Part shown: piece by piece, positions 9,013 through 18,544 of the stretch | How positions within the stretch are numbered: the first letter of the stretch is position 1 | Layout: the number at the start of each line of letters is the position of its first letter | Assembly: GCA_900549525.1 (NCBI GenBank) | Contig: UWSJ01000001.1 | Span: forward strand, 1-53,532 | Length of the DNA stretch: 53,532 nt | From: an uncultured Coriobacteriaceae bacterium | GTDB taxonomy: Bacteria > Actinomycetota > Coriobacteriia > Coriobacteriales > Atopobiaceae | Reading direction: 5' to 3' | Notes under the pieces: model-generated | Databases searched by the model: none | What the model saw: only the letters and a program-made list of their open reading frames with translations | What the model was told of the DNA's origin: nothing | Position numbers and translations under genes: made by a program

Positions 9013-10095
9013 CTACAGCGCGTCCCGGCCGAGGTCGATCATCTCGCGGAAGCGGTTGAGCGAGACCTTCTCGACGGCCACTTGGCCGATGTCGTGGATC
9101 GTGACGACGTTGACCGTGTCCCCGTGGCGCTTCTTGTCCGAGAGCGCGTGGCGGAAGAGCTCGTCGGTGGGCACGTCGGAGGCGACGGGAAGCCCGTAGT
9201 CGGTGACGGCCTCGACGACGCGCTGGGCCGTGGCCTTGCTGCAGATGCCAAGGCGGGTGCAGGCGCGGGCCATGAAGCACATGCCAGCGGCGACGCTCGA
9301 GCCATGGGCGAGACGATAGCCGTTGGCGCTCTCGATGGCATGCCCGATGGTGTGCCCGAGGTTGAGGGTCTGACGTATGCCGCCCTCGCGCTCGTCCTCG
9401 TCCACCACGTCGCGCTTGAGCTCCACGCAGCGGCTCACGACGCGCTCGAGGCGGTCGTAGTCAAGATCGCCGACGTTGAGCGGCGTGCGCACGAGCTCGT
9501 CGAAGAGCGGGGCGTCGCGCATGACCCCGTACTTGATGACCTCGCCGCAGGAGTCGGTGAAGAGGTCGCGTCCTACGGTGGAGAGGCATTCGATGTCGGC
9601 GATGACGACGCGGGGTTGGAAGAAGGCTCCGGCGAGGTTCTTGCCATGCTCGAGGTCGACTGCGGTCTTGCCGCCCACCGAGGAGTCGACCATGGCGAGC
9701 AACGACGTGGGAACCTGCACGACCTTGCACCCGCGCATGAAGACCGCCGCGGCAAAGCCCGCGAGGTCGCCAATGACCCCGCCGCCGAGTGCCACCACCA
9801 CGTCGTCGCGGGTGAGCTCCGAGGCGGCCATGCGCTCGAGGAGCCGCGCGAGCTCACCCATGTTCTTCGTGGGCTCGCCGGCCTTTACGACGACGTGCGT
9901 CACGGCGTAGCCGCTGCCTTCGAGCGAGGCCGCGACCTCGGAGCCATAGAGGGGATCGACGTTGGTGTCGCTCACGAGGAATGCCTTCGTGCCGCCCGCG
10001 CACTCTCGTGTCTTGGGCCCAACGGCCCCCAGGATTCCGCGCCCTACGATGACGTCGTAGTCCCTCGAGTCGGTACTTACGTGAACCGTCTGCAT
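9013..10095 (-). CDS. aroB: 3-dehydroquinate synthase
   Basis: GGGVIGDLAGF, PTSLLAMVDSSVGGKT, LNLGHTIGHA, DKK; ATG 10095 spaced 7 nt from GAGGAGG (alternative GTG 10101). Confidence 0.96.
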   Translation of the reverse strand: MQTVHVSTDSRDYDVIVGRGILGAVGPKTRECAGGTKAFLVSDTNVDPLYGSEVAASLEGSGYAVTHVVVKAGEPTKNMGELARLLERMAASELTRDDVVVALGGGVIGDLAGFAAAVFMRGCKVVQVPTSLLAMVDSSVGGKTAVDLEHGKNLAGAFFQPRVVIADIECLSTVGRDLFTDSCGEVIKYGVMRDAPLFDELVRTPLNVGDLDYDRLERVVSRCVELKRDVVDEDEREGGIRQTLNLGHTIGHAIESANGYRLAHGSSVAAGMCFMARACTRLGICSKATAQRVVEAVTDYGLPVASDVPTDELFRHALSDKKRHGDTVNVVTIHDIGQVAVEKVSLNRFREMIDLGRDAL

Positions 10096-10097
10096 GC

Positions 10098-10985
10098 TCA
10101 CGCCTCCTCGGCGTCGTTGTCCTTTTCGGAGCGTGCCACGTCAGCGCGCTTGATGCGGTCGCCCTCGGCGAGCAGTGCCTCGAGCCGAGACCCGTCGCGG
10201 GCCACGATGGCGTCGCGGTAGCTTGCGAGCGCGTCGATGAGCACTTCTATCTCGCGCGCGAGGTTGTCGGCGTCGTCGAGGAACAGCTCGCACCACATCT
10301 TCGGGTTGAGCTGCGCCACGCGGGTGAGGTCCTTGTACGAACCCGCCGAGAAGCCCTCGCGAAGCCCAAGCGTGGGACTCTTGACGTAGGCGTTGGACAC
10401 CACGTGCGCGAGCTGCGAGGTGTAGGCGATGACCTCGTCGTGGCGCTCGGGCGTCGTCACCGTGAACCGGCTAAAGCCGCAGGGGCCGAGCAGGCCCTCG
10501 AGCCGGTCGACGAGCGCAAGGCACCGCACGCCACGGACGTCCGGCGGCGGGCAGACCACCATGGGCGCGCCCTCGAACAGGTTTGCCCGGGAGTGGGCGT
10601 AGCCGGAGAATTGCGTGCCGGCCATGGGGTGGCAGCCGAGGAAGGTGATGCCTGCGGCCTTGGCCACGGGAAAGGCCCGCTCGCAGATGGTGCGCTTCAC
10701 TCCGCCCGTGTCAATGACGATGGCGTCGGGGCTCACGAGGTGCGCGTGGGCCTCGAGCCAGTCGGTGCAGGCCGTGGGGTAGCAGGCGAGGACGATGAGC
10801 TCGCAGGTGGGAACGACCTCGTCAGTAAGCCCGCCTGCGCACACGTCGATGGAGGCGAAGCGGACGATGTCCGCGTTCGGGTCGAAGGCGTAGACCTCGC
10901 GGCCCCCACGGGCGAGCGCCCGCGCGAACGAGCCGCCGATGAGGCCAAGGCCTACGACGCCGACGCGGCCCTTCGTGGCGCCCAC
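10098..10985 (-). CDS. tyrA: Prephenate dehydrogenase
   Basis: VGLGLIGGS Rossmann motif, HPMAG, HDxxxAYTSQLAH, GSYKDLTRVA. Confidence 0.93.
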   Translation of the reverse strand: MGATKGRVGVVGLGLIGGSFARALARGGREVYAFDPNADIVRFASIDVCAGGLTDEVVPTCELIVLACYPTACTDWLEAHAHLVSPDAIVIDTGGVKRTICERAFPVAKAAGITFLGCHPMAGTQFSGYAHSRANLFEGAPMVVCPPPDVRGVRCLALVDRLEGLLGPCGFSRFTVTTPERHDEVIAYTSQLAHVVSNAYVKSPTLGLREGFSAGSYKDLTRVAQLNPKMWCELFLDDADNLAREIEVLIDALASYRDAIVARDGSRLEALLAEGDRIKRADVARSEKDNDAEEA

Positions 10986-10986
10986 G

Positions 10987-12006
10987 CTAGCGCTCCCCCC
11001 CGGTGACGGCTGCGCGTACGAGCGCCACGCGCCGCATGAGGTCGTCGAACTGGTCGGGCGTGAGGGCCTGGGCCCCGTCGGACCAGGCGTGGCTCGGGTC
11101 GTCGTGCACCTCCACCTCCAGGCCGTCAGCTCCGGCGGCCACCGCGGCGAGCGCCATGGGTGGCACGTAGCGCGTGTAGCCGGTGGCGTGGCTCGGGTCG
11201 GCGACGACGGGCAGGTGCGAGAGATGGTGCAGGACGGGAACGGCGTTGAGGTCGAAGGTGTTTCTCGTGCGCGTCTCGAAGGTGCGAATGCCGCGCTCGC
11301 ACAGGATCACGTTGGCGTTGCCCTCGCTCATGATGTACTCGGCCGCCATGAGCAGCTCGTCGACCGTGCCGGCGACGCCGCGCTTGAGCAGCACCGGAAC
11401 CTGGGTGCTGCCAACCTCCTTGAGCAGCGGGAAGTTCTGGGCGTTACGGGCCCCTATCTGCATGACCTCGATGCCCTTGTCGAGGAACAGCTGCACGTCG
11501 CGCGGGTCCATGACCTCGGTGACGATGGGCATGCTGAGCTCGTCGGCCGCCTCGCGCAGAAGGTCAAGCCCTGCGGCTCCCATGCCCTGGAAGGCGTAGG
11601 GGCTCGTGCGGGGCTTGAATGCGCCGCCGCGCAGCATCGTGGCCCCGGCGGCCTTGACGCGGCGGGCGATGCGGATGAGGTTGTCGCCCTCGACCGAGCA
11701 GGGGCCGGCGATGACCTGGAAGTGCCCGCCGCCGATCTTCACGCCGTGACCGCAGTCGACCACGGTGTCTTCCGGATGGAACTTGCGGTTTGCCTTCTTG
11801 AACGGCTCGGAGACGCGCTGAACGCGCTCGATGATGTCCATGCTCTCGATGAGGAAGGGGTCAACCTGCGTGGTGTCGCCGACGAGCCCTATGATGGTCT
11901 CGTTGTCGCCCTTCGAAACGTCGGTCTTGAGGCCCTTGCTGTGAATCCATCCCACGAAGTCCGCGACCTGCTCCTCCGTGGCGCTTTGCTTGACGACGGC
12001 GATCAT
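10987..12006 (-). CDS. aroF: DAHP synthase (type I-beta) with N-terminal regulatory domain
   Basis: AGPCSVE, RGGAFKPRTSPY, QIGARN, CERGIRTF, DPSH, ALxDG-type motif SDGAQAL; ATG 12006. Confidence 0.95.
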   Translation of the reverse strand: MIAVVKQSATEEQVADFVGWIHSKGLKTDVSKGDNETIIGLVGDTTQVDPFLIESMDIIERVQRVSEPFKKANRKFHPEDTVVDCGHGVKIGGGHFQVIAGPCSVEGDNLIRIARRVKAAGATMLRGGAFKPRTSPYAFQGMGAAGLDLLREAADELSMPIVTEVMDPRDVQLFLDKGIEVMQIGARNAQNFPLLKEVGSTQVPVLLKRGVAGTVDELLMAAEYIMSEGNANVILCERGIRTFETRTRNTFDLNAVPVLHHLSHLPVVADPSHATGYTRYVPPMALAAVAAGADGLEVEVHDDPSHAWSDGAQALTPDQFDDLMRRVALVRAAVTGGER

Positions 12007-12109
12007 CCGTTCCGCTCCCCTCCGGCGCCCTGCGCCTCCGTGCCCCCTCGGCCGTGCGACGTCGATGGTACTACACGCGGCGGACGCACCTTCTTTTCCG
12101 GCAGCTAAC

Positions 12110-12132
12110 AAAAAGGCCCCTCGAGAGGGGCC
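12110..12132 (-). terminator. Intrinsic terminator after tRNA-Arg
   Basis: Minus strand GGCCCCTC-TC-GAGGGGCC followed by TTTTT. Confidence 0.85.
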
Positions 12133-12143
12133 GTCGCATGCAC

Positions 12144-12220
12144 TGGTGCTCTCTGTGGGATTCGAACCCGCGACCTTCCGCTCCGGAGGCGGACGCTCTA
12201 TCCAGCTGAGCTAAGAGAGC
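12144..12220 (-). tRNA. tRNA-Arg(CCG)
   Basis: GCTCTCT/AGAGAGC acceptor stem with encoded CCA, TAGCTCAGCTGGATAGAGC D-arm, TCCGC-CT-CCG-GA-GCGGA anticodon arm, GGTTCGAATCC T-loop. Confidence 0.97.
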
Positions 12221-12231
12221 AGCGATGGCTG

Positions 12232-12260
12232 AGTATAGGACAAGTTCGCGCGCTCGTCTA
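12232..12260 (-). promoter_or_regulatory. Putative sigma70-type promoter of tRNA-Arg
   Basis: Minus strand TAGACG-17 nt-TATACT, ending 11 nt before the tRNA. Confidence 0.6.
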
Positions 12261-12334
12261 ACGCGCGCCGCCCTCCGACACCCCGACCCGTTTTGGGTCA
12301 CAATGAATGCATGGCTTCGATGGAGAGGGGTTGC

Positions 12335-14779
12335 ATGGGAACTGGTCCTGAGGCCGGGGAGATGGCCGACGACGTGGTCGCCCCCGAGCTCGGCGGGCTG
12401 TGCGCCGCCGAGGTGCAGGAGCGGAGGGAGCGCGGCGAGACGAACGCCTACGCCGGCCCGCGCACCAAGTCGGTGGCCCAGATCGTGTGCGGGCATACGC
12501 TCACGCTCTTCAACGGCGTCAACCTCGTGCTCGCTTGCATGGTGGCGCTCACGGGCTCGTGGCGAAACCTCTCCTTCATGTGCGTGGTGCTCTGCAACCT
12601 TGCCATCGGCATCTTCCAGGAGATCCGCTCCAAGCGCACCATAGACCACCTGTCCATCCTCGCGGAGCGCCCCGTGACCGTTCGTCGCGAGGGCACTGAC
12701 GTCGAGGTCTCGCACGGCGAGGTGGTGCTCGACGACCTCGTCGTGCTCACGCGCGGCTGCCAGGTGCCCGCCGACGCGGGGGTCGCCTGGGGCGCGGCCG
12801 GTGTGAACGAGAGCCTGCTCACGGGCGAGTCAGAGCCGGTGACCAAGGTTGTGGGCGACGAGCTCATGAGCGGCAGCTTCCTTGACTCGGGCTGCGTCGT
12901 GGCCCGCGTCACGCGGGTGGGGGCGAGCTCCTACGCCGCCCGCATCAACGCCGAGGCGAAGTACGTCAAGGTTGCGAAGTCGGAGATCATGCTCACGCTT
13001 TCGGCGATCATACGGCTTGCCACGTGGCTGCTCGGCCCCATTGGCGCGGCGCTCTTCTTCCGCACGATGCAGGACGGTTCGACCATGACCCAGGCCATAC
13101 TCACGACGGTCGCGGCGCTCGTGGGGATGATCCCGCAGGGGCTCGTGCTGCTCACCTCCACCGTCCTCGCCATATCCACGGCGCGGCTGGCGAGGAAATC
13201 GGTGCTCATCCAGCAGTTCTATTGCATCGAGATGCTCGCGCGCGTGGACGTGCTATGCCTCGACAAGACCGGCACGATCACCTCCGGCTCCATGGACTTC
13301 GGACGAGCCGTTGGTGTTGAGGGCGTCCCGTGCGAGGAGGTGGAGCGTGCGGCCGCGACCGTCTGCCGCGCGAGCGCGCGCGATGCCAACGAGACGGCCC
13401 GCGCGATCCTTCGCCATGCGGACAAGCGGGGGCTCGAGATGCCCGACGCCGTGCGTTCGGTGCCCTTCTCGAGCGCGCGCAAGTATTCGGGGTGCGTCTG
13501 TGCGGGCGGTACCTCGTGGGTGATGGGCGCGTCGCAGTTCGTCTTCGAGAAGCCCCCCGAGGGCCTCGCCGAGCTGGTCGCTGGCTTTTGCGACCAAGAC
13601 CGCGTGCTGGTGGTGGCTTCCTGCGATGGCTTTGAGGACGACGGAAGCATCGTGGGCGAGCCGCGCCTTCTCGGGGCCGTGGCGCTGCGCGACCACATTC
13701 GCTCGAGCGCCCCCGCCACGATCTCCTACTTTGTCGGGCAGGGCGTGGGGCTACGCGTCATATCGGGCGACGACCCCCGGACCGTCTCGAGCGTCGCCGT
13801 GGCCGCCTCCGTTCCCGGGGCCGATCGGTGGGTCGACGCCTCCACGCTCACGACGCCTGAGGCGCTCGAGCGCGCGGCGGGGGAGTACGTGGTCTTCGGG
13901 CGCGTCACGCCGCAGCAGAAGCGCGAGCTTGTCCGGGCCCTCAGGGGGCAGGGCCACACGGTCGCCATGACCGGTGACGGCGTGAACGACGTGCTGGCCC
14001 TGCGCGAGGCCGATTGCTCGGTGGCCATGGCCTCGGGCTCGGACGCCGCGAGGAACGTCTCCGAGGTCGTGCTCGTCGACGACGACTTCTCCCACATGCC
14101 CGACGTGGTCGCCGAGGGCAGACGCTCGATCAACAACCTCCAGCGCTCCGCCTCGCTCTTCCTCGTCAAGACGGCCTTCTCGGCGGTGCTCGCCCTTGTG
14201 TGCTCGCTGTTCCCTCCCTATCCTTTCCAGCCGGTGCAGATGTCGCTCGTCTCCACGGCCATCATCGGGGTTCCCTCGTTCGTGCTCGCGCTCGAGCCCA
14301 ACCACGAGCGGGTGCGCGGCAACTTCCTCGTGAACGTTCTCGCGCGCTCGGCCCCGGCGTCGCTCGCCATCGTGCTTGCCGTGGGGGCGCAGACGGCGCT
14401 CGGAGGCGTGCTTGGGCTTGAGCACGGGCAGACCTCGACCGCATGCGTGCTGCTCACGGCCCTCGTGGGGGCCTGTCTCGTCCTGAGAATCTCGAGGCCG
14501 CTCAACGCCCTGCGCACCTGCCTGCTCGCCGTCGTCGTCGCGATTGTTGTGATTGGGTGCACGCTGTTCGCCGACTTCTTCGAGATCGAGCCCATCGCGC
14601 CTATCATGTGGGCTTGCGTCTGCGGCGTGGGTGCCGTGGCGCTCGTTGTGTTCAACGTCTTGTACAACCTGGGCGTCTCGCTCGCCAACGATGGTACCGG
14701 ATGGCTTGACCGGTTCGTCGCCGAGCGAGGGGCCGGTGGAGAAGGGCTGGATCCCCATGAACCAGACACGCGTATCTGA
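12335..14779 (+). CDS. Cation-translocating P-type ATPase (CtpE-like)
   Basis: TGES, CLDKTGT phosphorylation site, GDGVND, multiple TM helices; TM4 motif reads IPQGL; start uncertain (12335 or 12362). Confidence 0.9.
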   Translation: MGTGPEAGEMADDVVAPELGGLCAAEVQERRERGETNAYAGPRTKSVAQIVCGHTLTLFNGVNLVLACMVALTGSWRNLSFMCVVLCNLAIGIFQEIRSKRTIDHLSILAERPVTVRREGTDVEVSHGEVVLDDLVVLTRGCQVPADAGVAWGAAGVNESLLTGESEPVTKVVGDELMSGSFLDSGCVVARVTRVGASSYAARINAEAKYVKVAKSEIMLTLSAIIRLATWLLGPIGAALFFRTMQDGSTMTQAILTTVAALVGMIPQGLVLLTSTVLAISTARLARKSVLIQQFYCIEMLARVDVLCLDKTGTITSGSMDFGRAVGVEGVPCEEVERAAATVCRASARDANETARAILRHADKRGLEMPDAVRSVPFSSARKYSGCVCAGGTSWVMGASQFVFEKPPEGLAELVAGFCDQDRVLVVASCDGFEDDGSIVGEPRLLGAVALRDHIRSSAPATISYFVGQGVGLRVISGDDPRTVSSVAVAASVPGADRWVDASTLTTPEALERAAGEYVVFGRVTPQQKRELVRALRGQGHTVAMTGDGVNDVLALREADCSVAMASGSDAARNVSEVVLVDDDFSHMPDVVAEGRRSINNLQRSASLFLVKTAFSAVLALVCSLFPPYPFQPVQMSLVSTAIIGVPSFVLALEPNHERVRGNFLVNVLARSAPASLAIVLAVGAQTALGGVLGLEHGQTSTACVLLTALVGACLVLRISRPLNALRTCLLAVVVAIVVIGCTLFADFFEIEPIAPIMWACVCGVGAVALVVFNVLYNLGVSLANDGTGWLDRFVAERGAGGEGLDPHEPDTRI

Positions 14780-17432
14780 GGCCGTTGCCGAGGCAAGGCG
14801 CGTCCCGACGCTCGAGGCGGGCGGACTTGCGCGCAAGGTGGTCGACGTCTCCGGCATCCCCGGCGTCGACGAGCTCCCGGTCTGCCTCGTGGTGCTGCTC
14901 GAGAACGTCGTGCGGCGCGCCCCCGACGACAAGACCGCGGCTCGCCTGGCCGAGCGCGTGCTTGAGGCCGGCAAGGCCGGCGCCGCCGGTGACGAGGTCG
15001 AGTTCATGCCCGCGCGCGTGCTGTTCCAGGACTTCACGGGCGTGCCGGTGTTCGTAGACTTCGCGGCCATGCGCGACGCCATGGTCGAGCGCGGGGGAGA
15101 CCCCGAGCGCGTGAACCCGCGCATCCCCTGCACGCTCGTCATCGACCACTCCGTCTGCGCCGACGAGACGGGCAGCGACCGCGCGGCGGCCGACAACCTC
15201 GCCATCGAGGCCTCGCGCAACCGCGAGCGCTTCGCCTTCCTCAAGTGGGCGAGCCACTCGTTCGACAACGTCGAGATCGCCCCGCCCGGACAGGGCATCT
15301 GCCACCAGCTCAACATCGAGCGCTTCTGCCGCGTGGTCACGACCGACGCCCTCTGGGACGGCGCGGGCGAGCTCGCGTGCTTCGACACCGTCGTGGGCAC
15401 CGACTCGCACACGCCCACGGCCAACGGCATCGGGGTGCTCGGGTGGGGCGTCGGCGGCATCGAGGCCGAGGCGGCGGCCCTCGGGCAGCCGATCAGCCTG
15501 CGCGTGCCCGAGGTCGTGGGCCTGCACCTTATGGGCAGGCTTTCGGACGGCGTGTCGGCGATGGACCTCGCCCTCACCATCGCCGAGCGCCTGCGCACCG
15601 AGGGCGTCGTGGGCTGCCTTGTCGAGGCCTACGGCCCCGGCGTCCCCACGCTCTCGGTGACCCAGCGCGCCTGCGTCTCCAACATGACCCCGGAGTACGG
15701 GGCCACCTCGACGCTCTTCCCGGTCGACGGCAACGTCCTCGACTACCTGCGTCTGACCGGCCGTGACGAGGGCGAGGTTTCCTTCGTCGAGGCGTACGCC
15801 CAGAAGCAGGGCGTATTCGGCGGGCACGAGCATGCGCACTACGCCCGTGTCGTCGAGCTTGACCTGTCAGAGGTCGAGCTCTCCCTTGCCGGCCCCTCGC
15901 GTCCGCACAACCGCGTGACGCCGGCGGGGCTCAAGGAGCGCTTCGAGCAGAGCGCCCGCTCTCACGGCGTGGACGACCTCTCGCGCTCCTGGGAGGTCAC
16001 GTGCGCCGACGGGAAGTCCTACCGCATCGGCAACGGTGCCCTTGCCATCGCGGCCATTACGAGCTGCACCACGGCGACCGACCCCGCGATGATGGTCGCC
16101 GCGGGGCTCACGGCGCGCAAAGCGCATGCGGCGGGCCTTACGACGAAGCCCTGGATCAAGCGCATCCTCGCGCCCGGCAGCCACGCCACCTCGCTTCTGC
16201 TGTCCCGCGCCGGGCTCACTGACGACCTGCGCGCCCTTGGCTTCTTCACCTGCGGATTTGGCTGCATGACGTGCATCGGGAACTCGGGTGACATCCTGCC
16301 TGCCCTGAAGCCGGTCGCCTCCGAGGTGGAGCTCACGAGCGTGCTCTCCGGCAACCGTAACTTTGACGGGCGCATCAGCCCCGACGTGGCGCAGAATTAC
16401 CTCTGCCAGCCGGCGCTCGTCGTTGCCTATGCCATCGCGGGCACCATGGACGTCGACCTCGCAACCCAGCCCCTCGGCACGAACGACGAGGGAAAGCCGG
16501 TGTTTCTCGCTGACATCCTTCCCACTGCCGCCGAGATAGACGGCGTGCTCGCTCAGGTGCTCGACCGCGACCTCTTCGTGCAGGGCGCGAAGGGCCTCAT
16601 GGAGGGCGACGCCGCCTGGCGCGCCATCGACGCGGGTTCGTCGGCCACCTTCACGTGGGACGAGGCGTCCACCTACGTGCGGCGCCCGCCCTACTTCGAG
16701 ATCGCCCGCCCCTCGACGCGCGTTGGCGTCTCGGGGGCACGCGCCCTGTGCCTCTTCGACGACTTCGTGACGACCGACCACATCTCTCCCGCGGGCGCCA
16801 TCGCCCCCACGTCTCCCGCCGCTTGCTATCTCGAGGCGCATGGGGTCGGGCCCAAGGACTTCAACACCTACGGCTCGCGTCGCGGCAACCACGAGTGCAT
16901 GGCGCGCGGCACCTTCGCCAACGTGCGTCTCGAGAACAAGCTCGCCGGACGCCCCGGCCCCGTGACTCTCGACCAGGTCACGGGCGAGGTGGCGAGCGTC
17001 TATGACGCGGCCGCCGACTACGAGCGCGCGGGCGTGCCGCTCGTCATCCTGGCGGGCAAGATGTACGGGTCGGGCTCAAGCCGCGACTGGGCGGCGAAGG
17101 GGCCGCTGCTCCTGGGCGTGCAAGCGGTGCTCGCCCAGAGCTTCGAGCGCATCCACCGCTCCAACCTCGTGCAGATGGGCATCCTGCCGCTCGAGTTCCT
17201 CAAGGGTCAGTCGGCCGAGTCGCTCGGGCTAGACGGCACCGAGACCTACGACGTCGAGCCGGTCGACCTTTCGGCCGGCCTGCCAGCCCGTCCCCGCACG
17301 CAGGTGAGCGCGACGCGTGCCGACGGCACGAGCGTGAGCTTCGAGTGCGTCGTTCGCGTCGACACCGCCGGCGAGGGGGCCTTCCTCGCGGCCGGCGGCA
17401 TCCTTCCCTACGTTCTCGGGAGCCTTTCTTGA
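14757..17432 (+). CDS. acnA: Aconitate hydratase AcnA family
   Basis: QDFTGVP, DHS, DSHT, three Fe-S Cys (TSC; GCMTCIG), GNRNFDGR, TTDHISPAG, GSSRDWAAKG. Confidence 0.92.
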   Translation: MNQTRVSEAVAEARRVPTLEAGGLARKVVDVSGIPGVDELPVCLVVLLENVVRRAPDDKTAARLAERVLEAGKAGAAGDEVEFMPARVLFQDFTGVPVFVDFAAMRDAMVERGGDPERVNPRIPCTLVIDHSVCADETGSDRAAADNLAIEASRNRERFAFLKWASHSFDNVEIAPPGQGICHQLNIERFCRVVTTDALWDGAGELACFDTVVGTDSHTPTANGIGVLGWGVGGIEAEAAALGQPISLRVPEVVGLHLMGRLSDGVSAMDLALTIAERLRTEGVVGCLVEAYGPGVPTLSVTQRACVSNMTPEYGATSTLFPVDGNVLDYLRLTGRDEGEVSFVEAYAQKQGVFGGHEHAHYARVVELDLSEVELSLAGPSRPHNRVTPAGLKERFEQSARSHGVDDLSRSWEVTCADGKSYRIGNGALAIAAITSCTTATDPAMMVAAGLTARKAHAAGLTTKPWIKRILAPGSHATSLLLSRAGLTDDLRALGFFTCGFGCMTCIGNSGDILPALKPVASEVELTSVLSGNRNFDGRISPDVAQNYLCQPALVVAYAIAGTMDVDLATQPLGTNDEGKPVFLADILPTAAEIDGVLAQVLDRDLFVQGAKGLMEGDAAWRAIDAGSSATFTWDEASTYVRRPPYFEIARPSTRVGVSGARALCLFDDFVTTDHISPAGAIAPTSPAACYLEAHGVGPKDFNTYGSRRGNHECMARGTFANVRLENKLAGRPGPVTLDQVTGEVASVYDAAADYERAGVPLVILAGKMYGSGSSRDWAAKGPLLLGVQAVLAQSFERIHRSNLVQMGILPLEFLKGQSAESLGLDGTETYDVEPVDLSAGLPARPRTQVSATRADGTSVSFECVVRVDTAGEGAFLAAGGILPYVLGSLS

Positions 17433-18424
17433 TCTGCCCCGTCTGCGGTACCGAGGTCCCCGACGGCCTCGACGTTTGCCCCGCCTGCCACGCCAACCTC
17501 GCCGCCACGCGCGTGATGCCGCGTCTCACGGGCACCTGGTGCCCCTCGTGCGGTGCGCTCGTGCCCACCGGTGCCACGACGTGCCCGAAGTGCGGCATGC
17601 CGGTGGGCGCCCCCTCGCGCGTCCAGGGCAGTCGTGGCCCTGATGACCGCCGCATGGAGGAGCGTATGCTCGAGCGAGAGCGCACCACCTCGCTGCCGCG
17701 CATCGAGAGCGCCATCCCCTCCGAGCCCGACCCGTCCGCCGAGGGCGCCTACGGCAGGGAGCGGCTTCCCCACACGAAGGTCTTCCTCGTGGCCGCCCTC
17801 GCGAGCGTGCTCATCGTGGGCGGAGCGGCCCTCGTCATCACGCATCCCTGGGACCCGAACCTCAACGACGCTAGGGCCGCCACGCCCGCAGACACCTCCC
17901 AGGCGGGATTTCCCGGCACCGTGTCGAGGCTCCAGGGGCAGGACAGCACGGCCGAGACCCTGCCCGAGACCGTGGTCTCCGCCGACGAGGCAACCTACTC
18001 GGCGCTTACCGACGCCTACGGGCAGCTCGAGGGCATCAGGTCACGGGCCGACGACCTCGAGGCCCTTCTCGACGAGAAGGGCACGAGCGGCTCGGCCAAG
18101 GAACGCGCCGACGGGGCGAAGCAGGCCCAGCAACTCTCCTACGACATCAGCAACCTCGTAAGCACCATCGCCAACATCGACGTCCAGACCACGGGCACCT
18201 ACACCGACCAGCGCGACCACGTCGCCACGCTCGCGAGCTGGCTCAGGAACCGCATCGAGGCCATCGACGAGGCGTGGCAGCTCTCCGCCAAGAGCTCAGA
18301 CCCGGAGGCCGACGCGAAGAAGATCTTGAAGCCCATGGCGGGAAACCGTGCCTCCGACGGTGATCAGGCGTACGTGAACCTCTTCGAAAAGAACTACGAG
18401 GCGTGGAAGCCCGAGCAGCGTTAG
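17429..18424 (+). CDS. Double zinc-ribbon, single-pass membrane protein
   Basis: TTG overlapping acnA stop (TTGA) with GGGAG SD; four CxxC pairs (CPVC, CPAC, CPSC, CPKC); hydrophobic segment VFLVAALASVLIVGGAALVI; helical C-term. Confidence 0.8.
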   Translation: MICPVCGTEVPDGLDVCPACHANLAATRVMPRLTGTWCPSCGALVPTGATTCPKCGMPVGAPSRVQGSRGPDDRRMEERMLERERTTSLPRIESAIPSEPDPSAEGAYGRERLPHTKVFLVAALASVLIVGGAALVITHPWDPNLNDARAATPADTSQAGFPGTVSRLQGQDSTAETLPETVVSADEATYSALTDAYGQLEGIRSRADDLEALLDEKGTSGSAKERADGAKQAQQLSYDISNLVSTIANIDVQTTGTYTDQRDHVATLASWLRNRIEAIDEAWQLSAKSSDPEADAKKILKPMAGNRASDGDQAYVNLFEKNYEAWKPEQR

Positions 18425-18544
18425 CTCCGCGCGGTGCGGGGCGCAGATGCCGAATGTGTGAACGACGGGACGTGCTGCTAAGATTATGCGGATACGTCAT
18501 AGGGGTCGGTCGAGCGCCGACCCCCGCACGCCATGGGAGGAACT

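Noticed and set aside
6461..9280. Long N-terminal extensions on pheA, aroC, aroA (and acnA, rodA, nadD, trmFO) in the ORF track
   Set aside because: Artefacts of first-start calling into upstream genes; SD-supported downstream starts match family N-termini
12007..12110. T-box or leader-peptide attenuator for the aro operon
   Set aside because: Only ~100 nt; no T-box consensus or aromatic-codon leader; the terminator belongs to the tRNA
12144..12220. C-A mismatch in the tRNA T-stem suggesting a pseudo-tRNA or att scar
   Set aside because: All other arms, CCA, promoter and terminator are intact; single T-stem mismatches occur in functional tRNA-Arg(CCG); no duplicated 3' end found
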